Source of the DNA: an uncultured delta proteobacterium
Lineage (GTDB): Bacteria > Desulfobacterota > Binatia > UBA9968
Assembly: GCA_963727625.1 (NCBI GenBank)
Contig: CAVSHR010000005.1
Span: 768,001-832,000, forward strand
Length of the DNA: 64,000 nt
Direction of reading: 5' to 3'
The notes under the pieces were generated by a model. That model searched no databases and had not been told where the DNA came from. It worked only from the letters and a program-made list of their open reading frames with translations. Below, piece after piece: positions 19,839-30,300 of the stretch; position 1 is the stretch's first letter; each line of letters opens with the position of its first letter. Position numbers and translations under genes: made by a program.

Positions 19839-20414
19839 ATGCTTAAACGAACGATCTTTCTTGCGGTATTTTTCGCCAGCTCCTGCGTGACCGTGAATAT
19901 TTATTTTCCCGCCGCCGCGGTGGAACGGGCCGCCGATCAAATCGTCAAAGAAACCTGGGGCGAGGCGGGAAAAACCCCGGCCAAACCCCAGAGCCGCGCA
20001 TGGGAAATTCCGTTCCGCCTTGCAGCGTTGGGGTATGTCGGCCAAGCCGAGGCCCAGGAAGCGGACATCAACATATCGAACCCGGCGATTCGCGCACTCA
20101 AAAAATCGATCAAAGCGCGCGCCGATGCGATCAAACCCTTCATGGACCGCGGCAACATCGGTATAGCGCAAGACGGACTGTTGATGATACGCACGGCCGA
20201 CGGTCTCAATCTCAAGGAACGCGCCGAGACCAAGCAATTGGTCGATGCCGAGAATCGCGATCGCGAAGCTCTCTACGCCGAGATCGCAAAGGCGAATAAT
20301 ATTTCCAAGGACAGTATCCCGAAAATCAAAGCGATCTTCGCTAAAAGTTGGATCGAGCAGGCGCGACCCGGATGGTGGATCCAGGACAGCCAGGGCAATT
20401 GGAAAAGAAAATAG
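19839..20414 (+). CDS. ydbL: YnbE-like lipoprotein fused to a YdbL (DUF1318) domain
   Basis: Lipobox ASSC followed by VTVNIYFPAAAVERAAD. DUF1318 motifs LVDAENRDREALYAEIAKAN and PGWWIQDSQGNWKRK. Confidence 0.8.
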   Translation: MLKRTIFLAVFFASSCVTVNIYFPAAAVERAADQIVKETWGEAGKTPAKPQSRAWEIPFRLAALGYVGQAEAQEADINISNPAIRALKKSIKARADAIKPFMDRGNIGIAQDGLLMIRTADGLNLKERAETKQLVDAENRDREALYAEIAKANNISKDSIPKIKAIFAKSWIEQARPGWWIQDSQGNWKRK

Positions 20415-20478
20415 GATCCAATTTTCTCTTGCGCGACAAAGACAAGATTAAATGACTTGGGAAAGTCACGGCGGGTTG

Positions 20479-23400
20479 TCAGTAGCGCTTGTGCCAGATG
20501 AGGTCGATGCCGTTGGAACCGGTGCTTGTGGTGGAAGTGCCGAACTTCCAGTCCGGCGCGAGCCGGTATTCGACCGAAACTTCGCGGCCGCGCTCGCCGG
20601 AGAGCTCCTGGGAAGCTGAAACATAGGTGTCGCGCCCGACGTACCGGCCGAAGCCGACCCGGCCGCCGGTAAAGTCCACCTCGCGGATATCCACTCCCAA
20701 GCTATCGAGCCCGAGCGCCTCGGAAACCGAATTGGCGATTCTCCCGGCGACGTAACCGCCGGTGATGTTGAGCGCACTTTGTTGCAACGAACCCTGCTCC
20801 TTTTGATTTAACGCCGCAGTGGGTTTGCCGAAGATCAACAGCGCGAGAATATCGGCTTGTTCCAGGCGCGGCTGGCTGGTCAGGGTTAACGACGGTTTCT
20901 CGGCGGTTCCGCCGATGATCGCGTCCACCTGATACTGCGGCAATCGATATTGGGCCAAAATGTCGAGGGCGGGATTGATTTTGTCGCCGCCGCTAAATTC
21001 GATACTGCCACGCGTCAGCTCGAACCGCCGCCCCTGGAATGCGAACCAACCCCGGGCCATCTCGATGCGACCGGTCAAATCCAGATCTTGGTTCGGCGCC
21101 TTGCGCGCCTGGATTTCACCTGAGAGCTCCGAGACCAGCTCGGGATGCCGGATCCAAAGATTACCTGGGGCTCGCAACTTGAGATCCAGGCTGAGTTTCT
21201 TGAAATATTCGCTATCGGTTAGATTGGCGCGCTGCGGTTTTTGCGGCAGCGGCTGCCGCCCTGCGCCGTTGTTTTTCACGATAACGATCGTCTGGTCGCG
21301 CTTCAGCGACACCTTGCTGACCTCCAAAAAAGCTAGATCCGGACGCAGCGAACCTTCGATCACCTCGACTTGCCCGGTTATTTTGGGCGCGACCAAGGTT
21401 CCTTGCACCTCGACGTTACCGGCGATCTTGACTTGATGGCGCAGCGTTTCTATCGCCGGCCAGCGCCGTGCATTGAGCGCGAGCTTGAACGCGCCGACGT
21501 CTAGATTTTTGAGCGCAAGCGAGCCGTTGCCGCGGATCTCGCCGTCTTTGGCTTTGGCCGTAAGCTCCCTGAAGGTCAACACCTGTGACGCCAAATTGCC
21601 CGCGACGGCGATCTCGTTAATGTCGATGCCAATGGGAACGATCTTCGCCTTGCCATCGCGCAAGCGAAACTGGCCGCGCAGATCCGGCTGCTTGAGCGAG
21701 CCGCGCGCCGTCATGTCGAGAGAGACTTCACCGCCGATGTCTTCGACCGTCTTGCCGCTAAAAGCATTTAGGAAGCCGAGACTGATTCCCGCACTTTGAA
21801 CGCGAAAATCGACACCCTCGGCAAGTTCGGCGCGCATGCCGTTATGCCAACTTAGATCGACCGGCAATGTCCCGCCACCGTTGAGGACATGGGTAGGATC
21901 CTGACGCACCGCCACGCGCAGCGTAACCCGCTTGTCTTTATAGCTCGCGTCGGCGCTCGCGCCCGCATAGGCTTGACCGGCAAGGGTCGCATCGCTCAAG
22001 CGCACCGACGCCGCGATCTCCGGCGCCGATGCCGTGCCGGCGATCTGCGCCTTGAGCGCAACGAGTCCGGTCATGCTGGGCTGCTTCGGCAAGTACTCCG
22101 AAAGCGTTTTGAGCGGCAGGCCGTCCGCATCGAGCATCAAATTTTGCGGTCCTGAAAAACCGAAGGTACCCCGCAACGATGCTTTTTGTGTGCCGTTCCG
22201 CAGGGTCAGCGAGTCGATGACAAACATCGCTTCGCGTTGATTCAGCGTCGCCGGTTGCACCAGTTTCCACGAACCGTCGGGTAAAGCCAGCGAAGCTTGG
22301 TCGAGATGCACCGTCAAGCCGCCGGATGGAAATTGCACCGATCCGGCGAGCGTGTGCTTGCGGTTGCGCTCATCCTGCGCGGAGATGTCGAGTTGAATCA
22401 CTTTAGCAGGCTGCCGAACCAGCTTCGCGTTGGCATCGACCCGGCGCAAAGATAATCCCGCGTCAAGCGCGGTTAGACGCAGGGTGACGGTTCCCTGCGG
22501 AAACATTTCTTCCTTTGATCCCTGCAGAGCGAATGTGATGCTACCTTCGCGGAGCGAGGTCCCGTCCATCCGCACACCCGCCAGGCGCGCGCTCCCTTCG
22601 GTTCTGAGGTCTGCGAGATTTCCGCGCACTACACCGGTGAGATCGATCGCTCCGGAACCTTTGCGTTGGATCAGCGCCAGCCACGGGGAAACATCAGCGA
22701 CGCGCAGCCGGTAGTCGAGCTTGCCGCCCACTTTAGCGTCGAGCCCGAGCTCGCCGGTGGCGCTGAGTGTCGACTCCGCCGTGCCGAGCACAGCGCGCGC
22801 GATGCGGAATTTCTTATCGCTGAGGAGCGCGCTCACCTCGCCCTGTTTAATTTTCACCGGGCCCAAGGTCGATGGCAGGATGCGCAACTCGGCACGTGTG
22901 TGCATAGCGGCGAGACTGAATCCCTCACCCTTCACGGTACCGCGAAAGTTGAGCTTCCCCTTCAGCGTTTCGTCGCTTCGCATGGTTTTTTCCACGTCGA
23001 GATCTTGCACCGACAGCGCCAATTCGTAGGTTGGCCGTCGTTCGCCAAACGCTATCTTACCGCTCCAGTTGGCGCCACCCAACTTACTCTTGAGATTGCC
23101 GTCGAACGCAGCCACGCTGTCCTGCAGGCGGCCGTCCAGCGCCACCAGGCCGAGAGCCCACCCTTGTGCTTCGGCGGAGTGAATTTCCAAATTTGCTTTG
23201 GCTCTGGTATCCGCCAACGCAAAGCCGTCGCCGCCCGCTTCTACCGTTCCGCTGACGACTCCGGCCAATTCCTGGTTATCGAGCCAGCGGCGCAGATCCA
23301 AACCGCTGAGTGTCATTGTCGCCGTGTAACGCGGCCTGTCATGCGCGACATCGGCGCGGAACCTGCCGACGATCGTCGCCCCCGCGGCACCGAGCGCCAG

Positions 23401-24279
23401 GTCGCCATGTAGAGCGTCGAGAGTGCCGTCGATGGACAGACGGCCCACGATATCGTGCTTCAATCGCAAGTCCGGCGCGAAGAAAGCGATGTCCGCCGGC
23501 GCCAGCTTCTCCAGCGCCGCCCGCGCGGTAATTTTCAGCGCCTTACCTTCGGCGATTTGACCGTTCAGCTTTACGCGTGAATTACGGCTGACAGCCCAGA
23601 GATCTTTTATGTTCAAAACACCGGGCGAAGCGGCGCTCTGGCGGTAGTCGAGCCCGCCCTTGAGACGCAGCTCCGGCTGCCCTGCGGCGGTCAGCAGGGT
23701 TGCGAATTCCGGCAGATTTACGGCGATGCCTGCGGGTCGCACCGCAAGATCGCCGCTCAGGTTAAAATCTTTCAGTTGATAGTTCTTGGCGCCGGCGAAG
23801 TGGAGCTCAATGGCGGCATGGCTTAAACGGATCGACCGCACCGTGACCGTTAAACCACCGGGCGATTCAGGCTCCGGCCGTCGCGCTGATAGCGCTTCGA
23901 TCACGTTCCATTTTCCACCTTGGTCCTGTTGCAACTTAGCCTCAGCTTGCGCGGCCTCGATTTGCCCAACCTGCAATCGACCAAAAATTAGCGGCAGCAA
24001 GGAAAAGCCGACCTGCAAGCGGGGAAGTTTAACGATTTCGGCCCGGTCGTCGCGCAGCGTGACATTATAGAGCGTCAGGTTACCCCAGACCGAGCCCTCC
24101 AAGCGTTCGACCGCCACAGAACCGCAAATCGCGTCGTTGATCGCCGTGATCATCTGCTCGCGTGCCCAACGGTTAAAATTCTCCGTTCGGCTGTAAAGCG
24201 CCGCCGCCACAATGACAAGGGTTAACAGCAAGCCAAGTCCGAGCGCCGACCATTTTATGAAGGGCCAAAATCTCCGCAA
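20479..24279 (-). CDS. tamB: Translocation and assembly module TamB
   Basis: 1266 aa with an N-terminal TM helix. DUF490-type C-terminus (GTAEKPSLTLTSQPRLEQADILALLIFG...GIDLIWHKRY). Directly downstream of an Omp85 gene. Confidence 0.9.
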   Translation of the reverse strand: MRRFWPFIKWSALGLGLLLTLVIVAAALYSRTENFNRWAREQMITAINDAICGSVAVERLEGSVWGNLTLYNVTLRDDRAEIVKLPRLQVGFSLLPLIFGRLQVGQIEAAQAEAKLQQDQGGKWNVIEALSARRPEPESPGGLTVTVRSIRLSHAAIELHFAGAKNYQLKDFNLSGDLAVRPAGIAVNLPEFATLLTAAGQPELRLKGGLDYRQSAASPGVLNIKDLWAVSRNSRVKLNGQIAEGKALKITARAALEKLAPADIAFFAPDLRLKHDIVGRLSIDGTLDALHGDLALGAAGATIVGRFRADVAHDRPRYTATMTLSGLDLRRWLDNQELAGVVSGTVEAGGDGFALADTRAKANLEIHSAEAQGWALGLVALDGRLQDSVAAFDGNLKSKLGGANWSGKIAFGERRPTYELALSVQDLDVEKTMRSDETLKGKLNFRGTVKGEGFSLAAMHTRAELRILPSTLGPVKIKQGEVSALLSDKKFRIARAVLGTAESTLSATGELGLDAKVGGKLDYRLRVADVSPWLALIQRKGSGAIDLTGVVRGNLADLRTEGSARLAGVRMDGTSLREGSITFALQGSKEEMFPQGTVTLRLTALDAGLSLRRVDANAKLVRQPAKVIQLDISAQDERNRKHTLAGSVQFPSGGLTVHLDQASLALPDGSWKLVQPATLNQREAMFVIDSLTLRNGTQKASLRGTFGFSGPQNLMLDADGLPLKTLSEYLPKQPSMTGLVALKAQIAGTASAPEIAASVRLSDATLAGQAYAGASADASYKDKRVTLRVAVRQDPTHVLNGGGTLPVDLSWHNGMRAELAEGVDFRVQSAGISLGFLNAFSGKTVEDIGGEVSLDMTARGSLKQPDLRGQFRLRDGKAKIVPIGIDINEIAVAGNLASQVLTFRELTAKAKDGEIRGNGSLALKNLDVGAFKLALNARRWPAIETLRHQVKIAGNVEVQGTLVAPKITGQVEVIEGSLRPDLAFLEVSKVSLKRDQTIVIVKNNGAGRQPLPQKPQRANLTDSEYFKKLSLDLKLRAPGNLWIRHPELVSELSGEIQARKAPNQDLDLTGRIEMARGWFAFQGRRFELTRGSIEFSGGDKINPALDILAQYRLPQYQVDAIIGGTAEKPSLTLTSQPRLEQADILALLIFGKPTAALNQKEQGSLQQSALNITGGYVAGRIANSVSEALGLDSLGVDIREVDFTGGRVGFGRYVGRDTYVSASQELSGERGREVSVEYRLAPDWKFGTSTTSTGSNGIDLIWHKRY

Positions 24280-26115
24280 TTAAAAATAGGCTCCAATGCT
24301 AAAATGAATTTGCCAGGGCTTGTCTCCGGGCGGCGCTTTAAATGGAAATCCCACGTCCAGTCGCAGCGGTCCCACCGGGGTGGCGTAGCTCAGGCCGAAA
24401 CCGCCGGAGAACTGTAAATTCCCCAACGGCGGATCGAAGGCGCGCTTCGATACCTGGCCGAAATCGATGAACACCGCACCACTTAATTCTTTCCAGATCG
24501 GCCGGCGCAGTTCAACCGAGCCTTCGATAAGACTGAGACCGCCGAGAGGATCGTCGCTGGCGGTCAGGGGACCGAGCCGGCGCCGACCGTAACCGCGCAC
24601 ACTCTTCTCACCGCCGGAATAGAAACGTTCGAATAGGGGATAGTTCTTGTCCGAGCCGATGGCGTCCGCGAGACCGAGTTTCAGACGGCTGGCGAAAACC
24701 GTCTGCCAACCGATATCGACGTACTTCTTCGCTTCCGCGGTTATTTTATAAAAGCTGAAATCACCGCCCCAAATCGCTCCGGCCTGACCGAACACCAGCG
24801 AAATGACTTCGCCCTTCTTCGGGTTGAACGGATCATCCGCCGTGTTCCAGACCATTCCCGCCGTCGGTCCCGACACGAAGCCTTCGCGCCGTAATTCTCC
24901 CAACGCCTGTGCCGTCGCCGCGGCGATGTCGTTGAGCTTGTTGTATTCGAATCGATAACCGATAAAGCCGGTGAGCGAGGAGGAAAAGCGATGATCCAGG
25001 CGCGGCGCCAAGCGAGAAACGTTGCGCAAATAAGTCTGCTCGATTTCTTGATCATAACGGAAATCGACGATTCCTCGCGTGCGCGGCGTAAGAAAATGGG
25101 GCTGAATAAAGTTCACCGCCCCGGCAATATTGATCGAGGAGTATTTCCCCAGCACCGATAGACGCCGTCCGCCGCCCAGCCAATTCAAGTGGCGCCATTC
25201 CAGTTGGATACGGAATTGATCCTCGGTGCCGTAGCCCAGCGCGAGCTTTATATCCCGATAGGATCTTTCGCTAACTTCCACTTCCATCGGCACCACCGGC
25301 GAACCGTTCGCCGTCGGCGCCGGACCGACCCGGACAGCGCTAAAAAGTTCCAGCGCCAATAGTTTTGCCCGGGTTTCGACGACTTTCGACTGCGCATAGG
25401 TCTCACCGGCGTGATAGGCGAGCTCTCGGTAAATCAGCTCCGGATCAACCGACTCGGTCCCCTTCACTTCCGTTTGGCCGAAAACCGCAAGCGGACCAGG
25501 GTTGACCGAATAACGAATGCGGGCACGCTGTTCATCCAAGTCGACCTCGGCCTTGCGCTCGGTTTGCGCGTGCGCGTATCCCTCTTCCAGGAAGGAATTG
25601 CGCAGGTTCTGTTCCGCCTGCTGGTACTCAGCTTCGGAGAAGACATCGCCTCTCTTTACCGGCAAACTTTCCGGCAGCGACGGCGGCTTTTGACTGGGAT
25701 CGGTAGCCCTAACCGCAACATCCACTTGAGAAATTAGAACCGGCCGGCCTTCGTGCAGCGCGATCCGCGCGCTGACGAGCCCGCCCTCGTCGTCGACCGA
25801 CAGATCGTACGTCACAGCCGCGTCGTAGTATCCTCTTGCCTCGTAAAAACGCCGCAGTCGCTCCAGGTCGGTATCAAAAGTGATCGGATCGAACACCGGC
25901 CGCTCCTCCCAGAAGCGATACCAGGGACGCGTCGTCGTGACGATCGCGGCGCCCAATTCGTCCGCCGAAAACTTTTTATTTCCGGAGAATTCAATTTGCT
26001 CAACGCGCCATTGCCGCGCCGGATCGAGCGCGTCGATTAAAATCGCCGAAGCGCATTGCGGAAGGAGGAAAAATCCTGACAGAATACAGATGAGAATTTT
26101 ACTGCGCCGTTTCAC
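24280..26115 (-). CDS. tamA: Omp85-family protein (TamA-like, 3 POTRA domains plus barrel)
   Basis: POTRA motifs (FYEARGYY), FYSGGEKSVRGY, YATPVGPLRLD and C-terminal HFSIGAYF. Confidence 0.88.
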   Translation of the reverse strand: MKRRSKILICILSGFFLLPQCASAILIDALDPARQWRVEQIEFSGNKKFSADELGAAIVTTTRPWYRFWEERPVFDPITFDTDLERLRRFYEARGYYDAAVTYDLSVDDEGGLVSARIALHEGRPVLISQVDVAVRATDPSQKPPSLPESLPVKRGDVFSEAEYQQAEQNLRNSFLEEGYAHAQTERKAEVDLDEQRARIRYSVNPGPLAVFGQTEVKGTESVDPELIYRELAYHAGETYAQSKVVETRAKLLALELFSAVRVGPAPTANGSPVVPMEVEVSERSYRDIKLALGYGTEDQFRIQLEWRHLNWLGGGRRLSVLGKYSSINIAGAVNFIQPHFLTPRTRGIVDFRYDQEIEQTYLRNVSRLAPRLDHRFSSSLTGFIGYRFEYNKLNDIAAATAQALGELRREGFVSGPTAGMVWNTADDPFNPKKGEVISLVFGQAGAIWGGDFSFYKITAEAKKYVDIGWQTVFASRLKLGLADAIGSDKNYPLFERFYSGGEKSVRGYGRRRLGPLTASDDPLGGLSLIEGSVELRRPIWKELSGAVFIDFGQVSKRAFDPPLGNLQFSGGFGLSYATPVGPLRLDVGFPFKAPPGDKPWQIHFSIGAYF

Positions 26116-26378
26116 CCATTATTATTATCATCTCGATGGAGCCTAAGGAATAAGGCTTGGCGGCACGCGCTAAAATAAATTCCTTGGACCGCATTCGTGA
26201 TCGGGATGATCCCGGCAGAGAAGAAAATGAACCGTCGCCATTGAGCAGTGGTTGCAGCGCAACTTCGGGGTGAAGCCATGTTGAACCGAGCCGCAGGATT
26301 TTCATAGACGGATCACACGGCGAATGGAAACCCGCTCAGATCAAACTCAAAACGCGAGAGCCGAGACGCAAAAAAGAC

Positions 26379-27194
26379 TTAACCTCCCTTGCCTAACTCC
26401 CGGGACCGTTTCGTCGCGCTCACCACTGCGTCCATCACCGTGCCGCGAAAACCCTTTTGTTCCATGGCGTAAATGCCGGCGATGGTGGTACCACCGGGAG
26501 AGGTTACTTCATCCTTCAACTCGCCGAGATGCTTGGTGCTCTCGAGCGCCATGCGCGCGGCGCCGTAAACCGTCTGCATCGCCAGCTTGAGCGCGACCTC
26601 GCGGGTGAGCCCTACCTGAACGCCTCCGTCGGCGAGCGCTTCCATGAACAGAAAAACATAAGCCGGCCCGCTGCCACTCAGCCCGGTGACCGCGTCCAAA
26701 TATTTTTCTTCCACTGCCATTCCAACGCCAAAACTATTAAGAATCGCGCCGACTTTTTCCAAGTCCGATGCCGTGGCATGAGCCCCGCCGGCGTAGCCGG
26801 CGGCGCCGGCGCCGACGACACAGGGGATATTGGGCATAACGCGCACCACTCGCGCGCCCGGCTCCAGTTGTGCTTCGATGCGCGCCAGCGGCACTCCGGC
26901 GGCGACCGAGACCAACAGCTTGCTCTTGCCGAGTTTCTTGGCGATCTGCTGGGCCACAGGATCGACGATCTGCGGTTTAACCGCCAAGATAACGATATCG
27001 GCGAAGTTACAGAGTTCCAGGTTGTCCGCCGTGGCGCGGATGCCGAGCTCCTCAGTAGCGGACTGCCGAAACGCTTCGCTCACGTCGCTGGTTATGACCT
27101 GTCCTTTGGCCACAAGCCCGGCATGAATGACCCCACGAGCGATTGCGGAACCAATTTTTCCCGCGCCGATAACGCCGATTTTTTCGGTCAACAC
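26379..27194 (-). CDS. proC: Pyrroline-5-carboxylate reductase
   Basis: Motifs IGAGKIG, LAVKPQ, RVMPN, TGLSGSGPAY and VTSPGGTT. GGAGG RBS before the GTG/TTG start. Confidence 0.97.
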   Translation of the reverse strand: MLTEKIGVIGAGKIGSAIARGVIHAGLVAKGQVITSDVSEAFRQSATEELGIRATADNLELCNFADIVILAVKPQIVDPVAQQIAKKLGKSKLLVSVAAGVPLARIEAQLEPGARVVRVMPNIPCVVGAGAAGYAGGAHATASDLEKVGAILNSFGVGMAVEEKYLDAVTGLSGSGPAYVFLFMEALADGGVQVGLTREVALKLAMQTVYGAARMALESTKHLGELKDEVTSPGGTTIAGIYAMEQKGFRGTVMDAVVSATKRSRELGKGG

Positions 27195-27278
27195 TGGAAC
27201 CTCCTGCGCAATCATCGATTGTCCGCCAGCATAAATCGTCAGGCCGGGAACTTCAAAGTCTCAGGCCGCCGGGCAAAT

Positions 27279-27310
27279 AAAAAAGCCCCCGCGGGCTTGC
27301 CAGGGGCTTT
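27279..27310 (-). terminator. Rho-independent terminator
   Basis: AAAGCCCC/GGGGCTTT stem followed by a U-tract on the minus strand, just after the 27338 stop. Confidence 0.65.
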
Positions 27311-27337
27311 AGCTGTAAGTCTGGGAACAACTCCCCG

Positions 27338-30300
27338 CTAGTAGCGCTTGCCAAGGTCCTGGAGCGCCTTAAAGGCTTCGGCGTCGTCGGGCGCGAGCGC
27401 GAGAATTTCCCGGTATTTTTGCTCCGCCTCTTTGAACTTGCCTAATTGGGCATAGGCTTGGCCGAGCGAAAAGCGTAAGTCGTTGCGCCGCCGGCGCATC
27501 CGCAGCGCGTCGCGATATTCTTGCACCGCCTTTTCCCACATGGCAAGCTTGTAATAGACGATGCCGAGCTCCGTGTGGACGGTCGCCGAGTCCTCGCCCT
27601 TGGTTTTGGCTTTTTCCAGCAACGCCCTCGCCTCCTGCAATTCTTCTTTTGCTTTCGCCTCGTCGGTCTGAAGCTGCGCCTTCGCCGCCACCAAACGCCC
27701 CCACGCGAGTAGAACTGCGGGATGCTCCGGCTGGAGGTCGCGCGCCCGCACAAACCATTTCTCAGCCTCCGGCAAATTGCCGCCGTGAAGCGCGATATTA
27801 CCCAAGCCGAGATAAGGCAACACCTCTTTGTTACCCATATCGATCACCTTTCGGTAAACCGCCTGGGCCTCGGGCAGGTAGAATTCATCGCTCATCGCCA
27901 ATACTTCGGGAATATATTCCTTACCGTTCTGTAGCGCGGCAAACGCCTCCCTGGCTGCCTCGACGCTCTTGTCTTCGTCGAGAAAGATTCGCATTTTCAA
28001 AAGATGAAACGCGGGGTTTTTCGGTTCGAGGCGAAGCGCTTCGTCGATCTCTTTGAGCGCCCGGCCGCGCAATTGGCTCACCAGATGGGCTTGCGCCATG
28101 TAGTAATGATGCATCGCCTCGGGCACCGCCAGCGGCTTGTTTTTCAACCAGGGCGGTGCATCGACTAGATAGGGTGTCATGAGTTTACGATTAAGATCGG
28201 TGGTCGCGCGGCGAAGATTTTTCGGCGCGGAGAACTCCAGCTGCGCGCCGTCGTCGGTGTTGATGGCGGCTCCCTTGGAGAACGCCAGAAAGCCGTCCCG
28301 GTCCATCCGGTAAAACCCCTGCACCGCATAAACGTCGGAAAGACCCAAGTAGTCGAAATCGGACTGCATCGTTTTGTTGCTGTCGTAAATCTTTTTCACC
28401 GCCGCGTAATCGAAAACCTGCTGCTTCTTACTGCCGACCAGGAGAAAATCGCTTTCCTTCATACCCCATAGCGAGACGTAGGGGAATGCTTCGGCGAAGG
28501 TGCGAAACACCATCCGGAAATCGTCCGGCGACATGGAGTAGTTATGAAACCACTGGGCGAAAATCCCGTCGTCCTTAATCTTGGACCTAATGACTTGATA
28601 AAATTCTCGGGTATAGAGATTGGCGATGCCGGCGATCCAGGGATTGGACGGCTCGGCGCTAATCACGTCGTAGAGCTCGGGGGTTGCTAAAATGTAATTT
28701 CTGCCGTCGGTCGGGATCACACGCACCCGTGGATCTTCGAGCACGCTCGAATGGCGCGATTGGCGGGCGTTGCGCGACAATCGGTCGATGGCGCCGCGGT
28801 AGTCGACATCGTCCGAGCGCTTCAACAATTCGGCGCGCGCGTCGCGCTCCATCACTCCCTTATAGTACAGCCGCTTTTCCTTGGCGTCGTACCACACCCG
28901 GCCCTTCGAGCCGTCGGCGGGAAAGGTCACACCCGGCGGTAGTTTCTCGAGCTCCACCCAGGCACGGTTGAAATACTTGCTCGCTTCGATCATCGCAGGC
29001 TCGATCTCGATGACTTCGATCGATTTGATCGACTTGAAAGCCGCCACCGCCTTGGCCGACATGCCGGTGCCCAAGCCAATGATGACCGCATTTTTCGCGG
29101 TCGGATGCAGCAACATGGCGATGTATCCGGTCATCAGCTGGCTCAACGCATCGCCATAAGAACCATCGATCTTGCCGTTTGATCTGAAATAAAGGTAGTC
29201 GCTGCCGGGAATGCTGTGGACGCTCACGGTCGTGGTCAAGCCTTCGCGATAATAGAGCACATCGTCCCGCTTCATCTCTTCGACGCGCAGCGAGTCGGTC
29301 GGCAGGGACTCGTAGCGATCGGCGTAGATCGTTACCCCGCTCGTAAGGATACTTGGATCCCAGCGGCGGATTTTAAACGGCACGATCACCGCCAGCGCGA
29401 GCACGGCCACACCGAGAGCGTAGCGCGGCACCGAGGAAAGTTTCGCGTCGCTGATGACTAGCCATGCTCCGATCAAAAGATTCATCACGACGGCGAAGAT
29501 GATCGTATTTTGCACGCCAAGATTCGGAATCAATAGAAAACCGCCGGCAAAGGCGCCGAGCACCGCGCCCACCGTGTTGGCGGCGTAGGAATTGCCAACG
29601 CCGCTGCCCACCCGATACAGGCTTTGGGTGAACAAGCGCGCGACCAATGGAAAGGTCATGCCCAACAGTACCGTTGGAATAAACATGACCAGCGCCGACA
29701 AGAAGACCTGCAAATTGATAAACACGGTGAATGTATCGCCGAAACCTTGAAGCAGCCGAACGAAAATTAACGGTAATTTCTCGAACAGCGGAATGGTCGC
29801 CAGTGCAGACAACCCGACCCACAGCTCGATCAAACCGAAAGTGCTCAAGCGCGGTTCGCGCCCGCTGAGAAACCGCGCGTAAATAAAGCCGCCGAGGGAT
29901 AAACCGACGAGAAAAGTCACCAGCATCGTCGAGAAGGAATAGATGGAGCTGCCAATGACCATCGTGAGCGATCGCGTCCACGCGTTTTCGTAAACCAGAG
30001 AGGCGAAACCGGACAAAGCGAACGAAGTCAGCAGCACCCAGCGCAATTTCGACGAGCTCGATATCTCCGTCGTCTCCCTCGCCTCCGCGGGCGCCACGAC
30101 CGCTTCCGGAGCGGTGATCATCGGGGATTTATCGCGAAAGACATCGGCGATTAAAATGACCGCCGCGATAATCAAGTTGGACCCGGCGGCGACGAAAACG
30201 GTCATGCGCATGCCCAAGGCCGGGATGAGAAAGAATCCCGCGGCGGCGCAGCCGATCACCGCACCGAGGGTATTCGTGGCGTAAAGATCGCCGACGCGCT

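Noticed and set aside
28750-28963. Intein in the spermidine-synthase-like gene
   Set aside because: Too short, and it lacks an N-terminal C/S and a C-terminal HN-[CST] junction.
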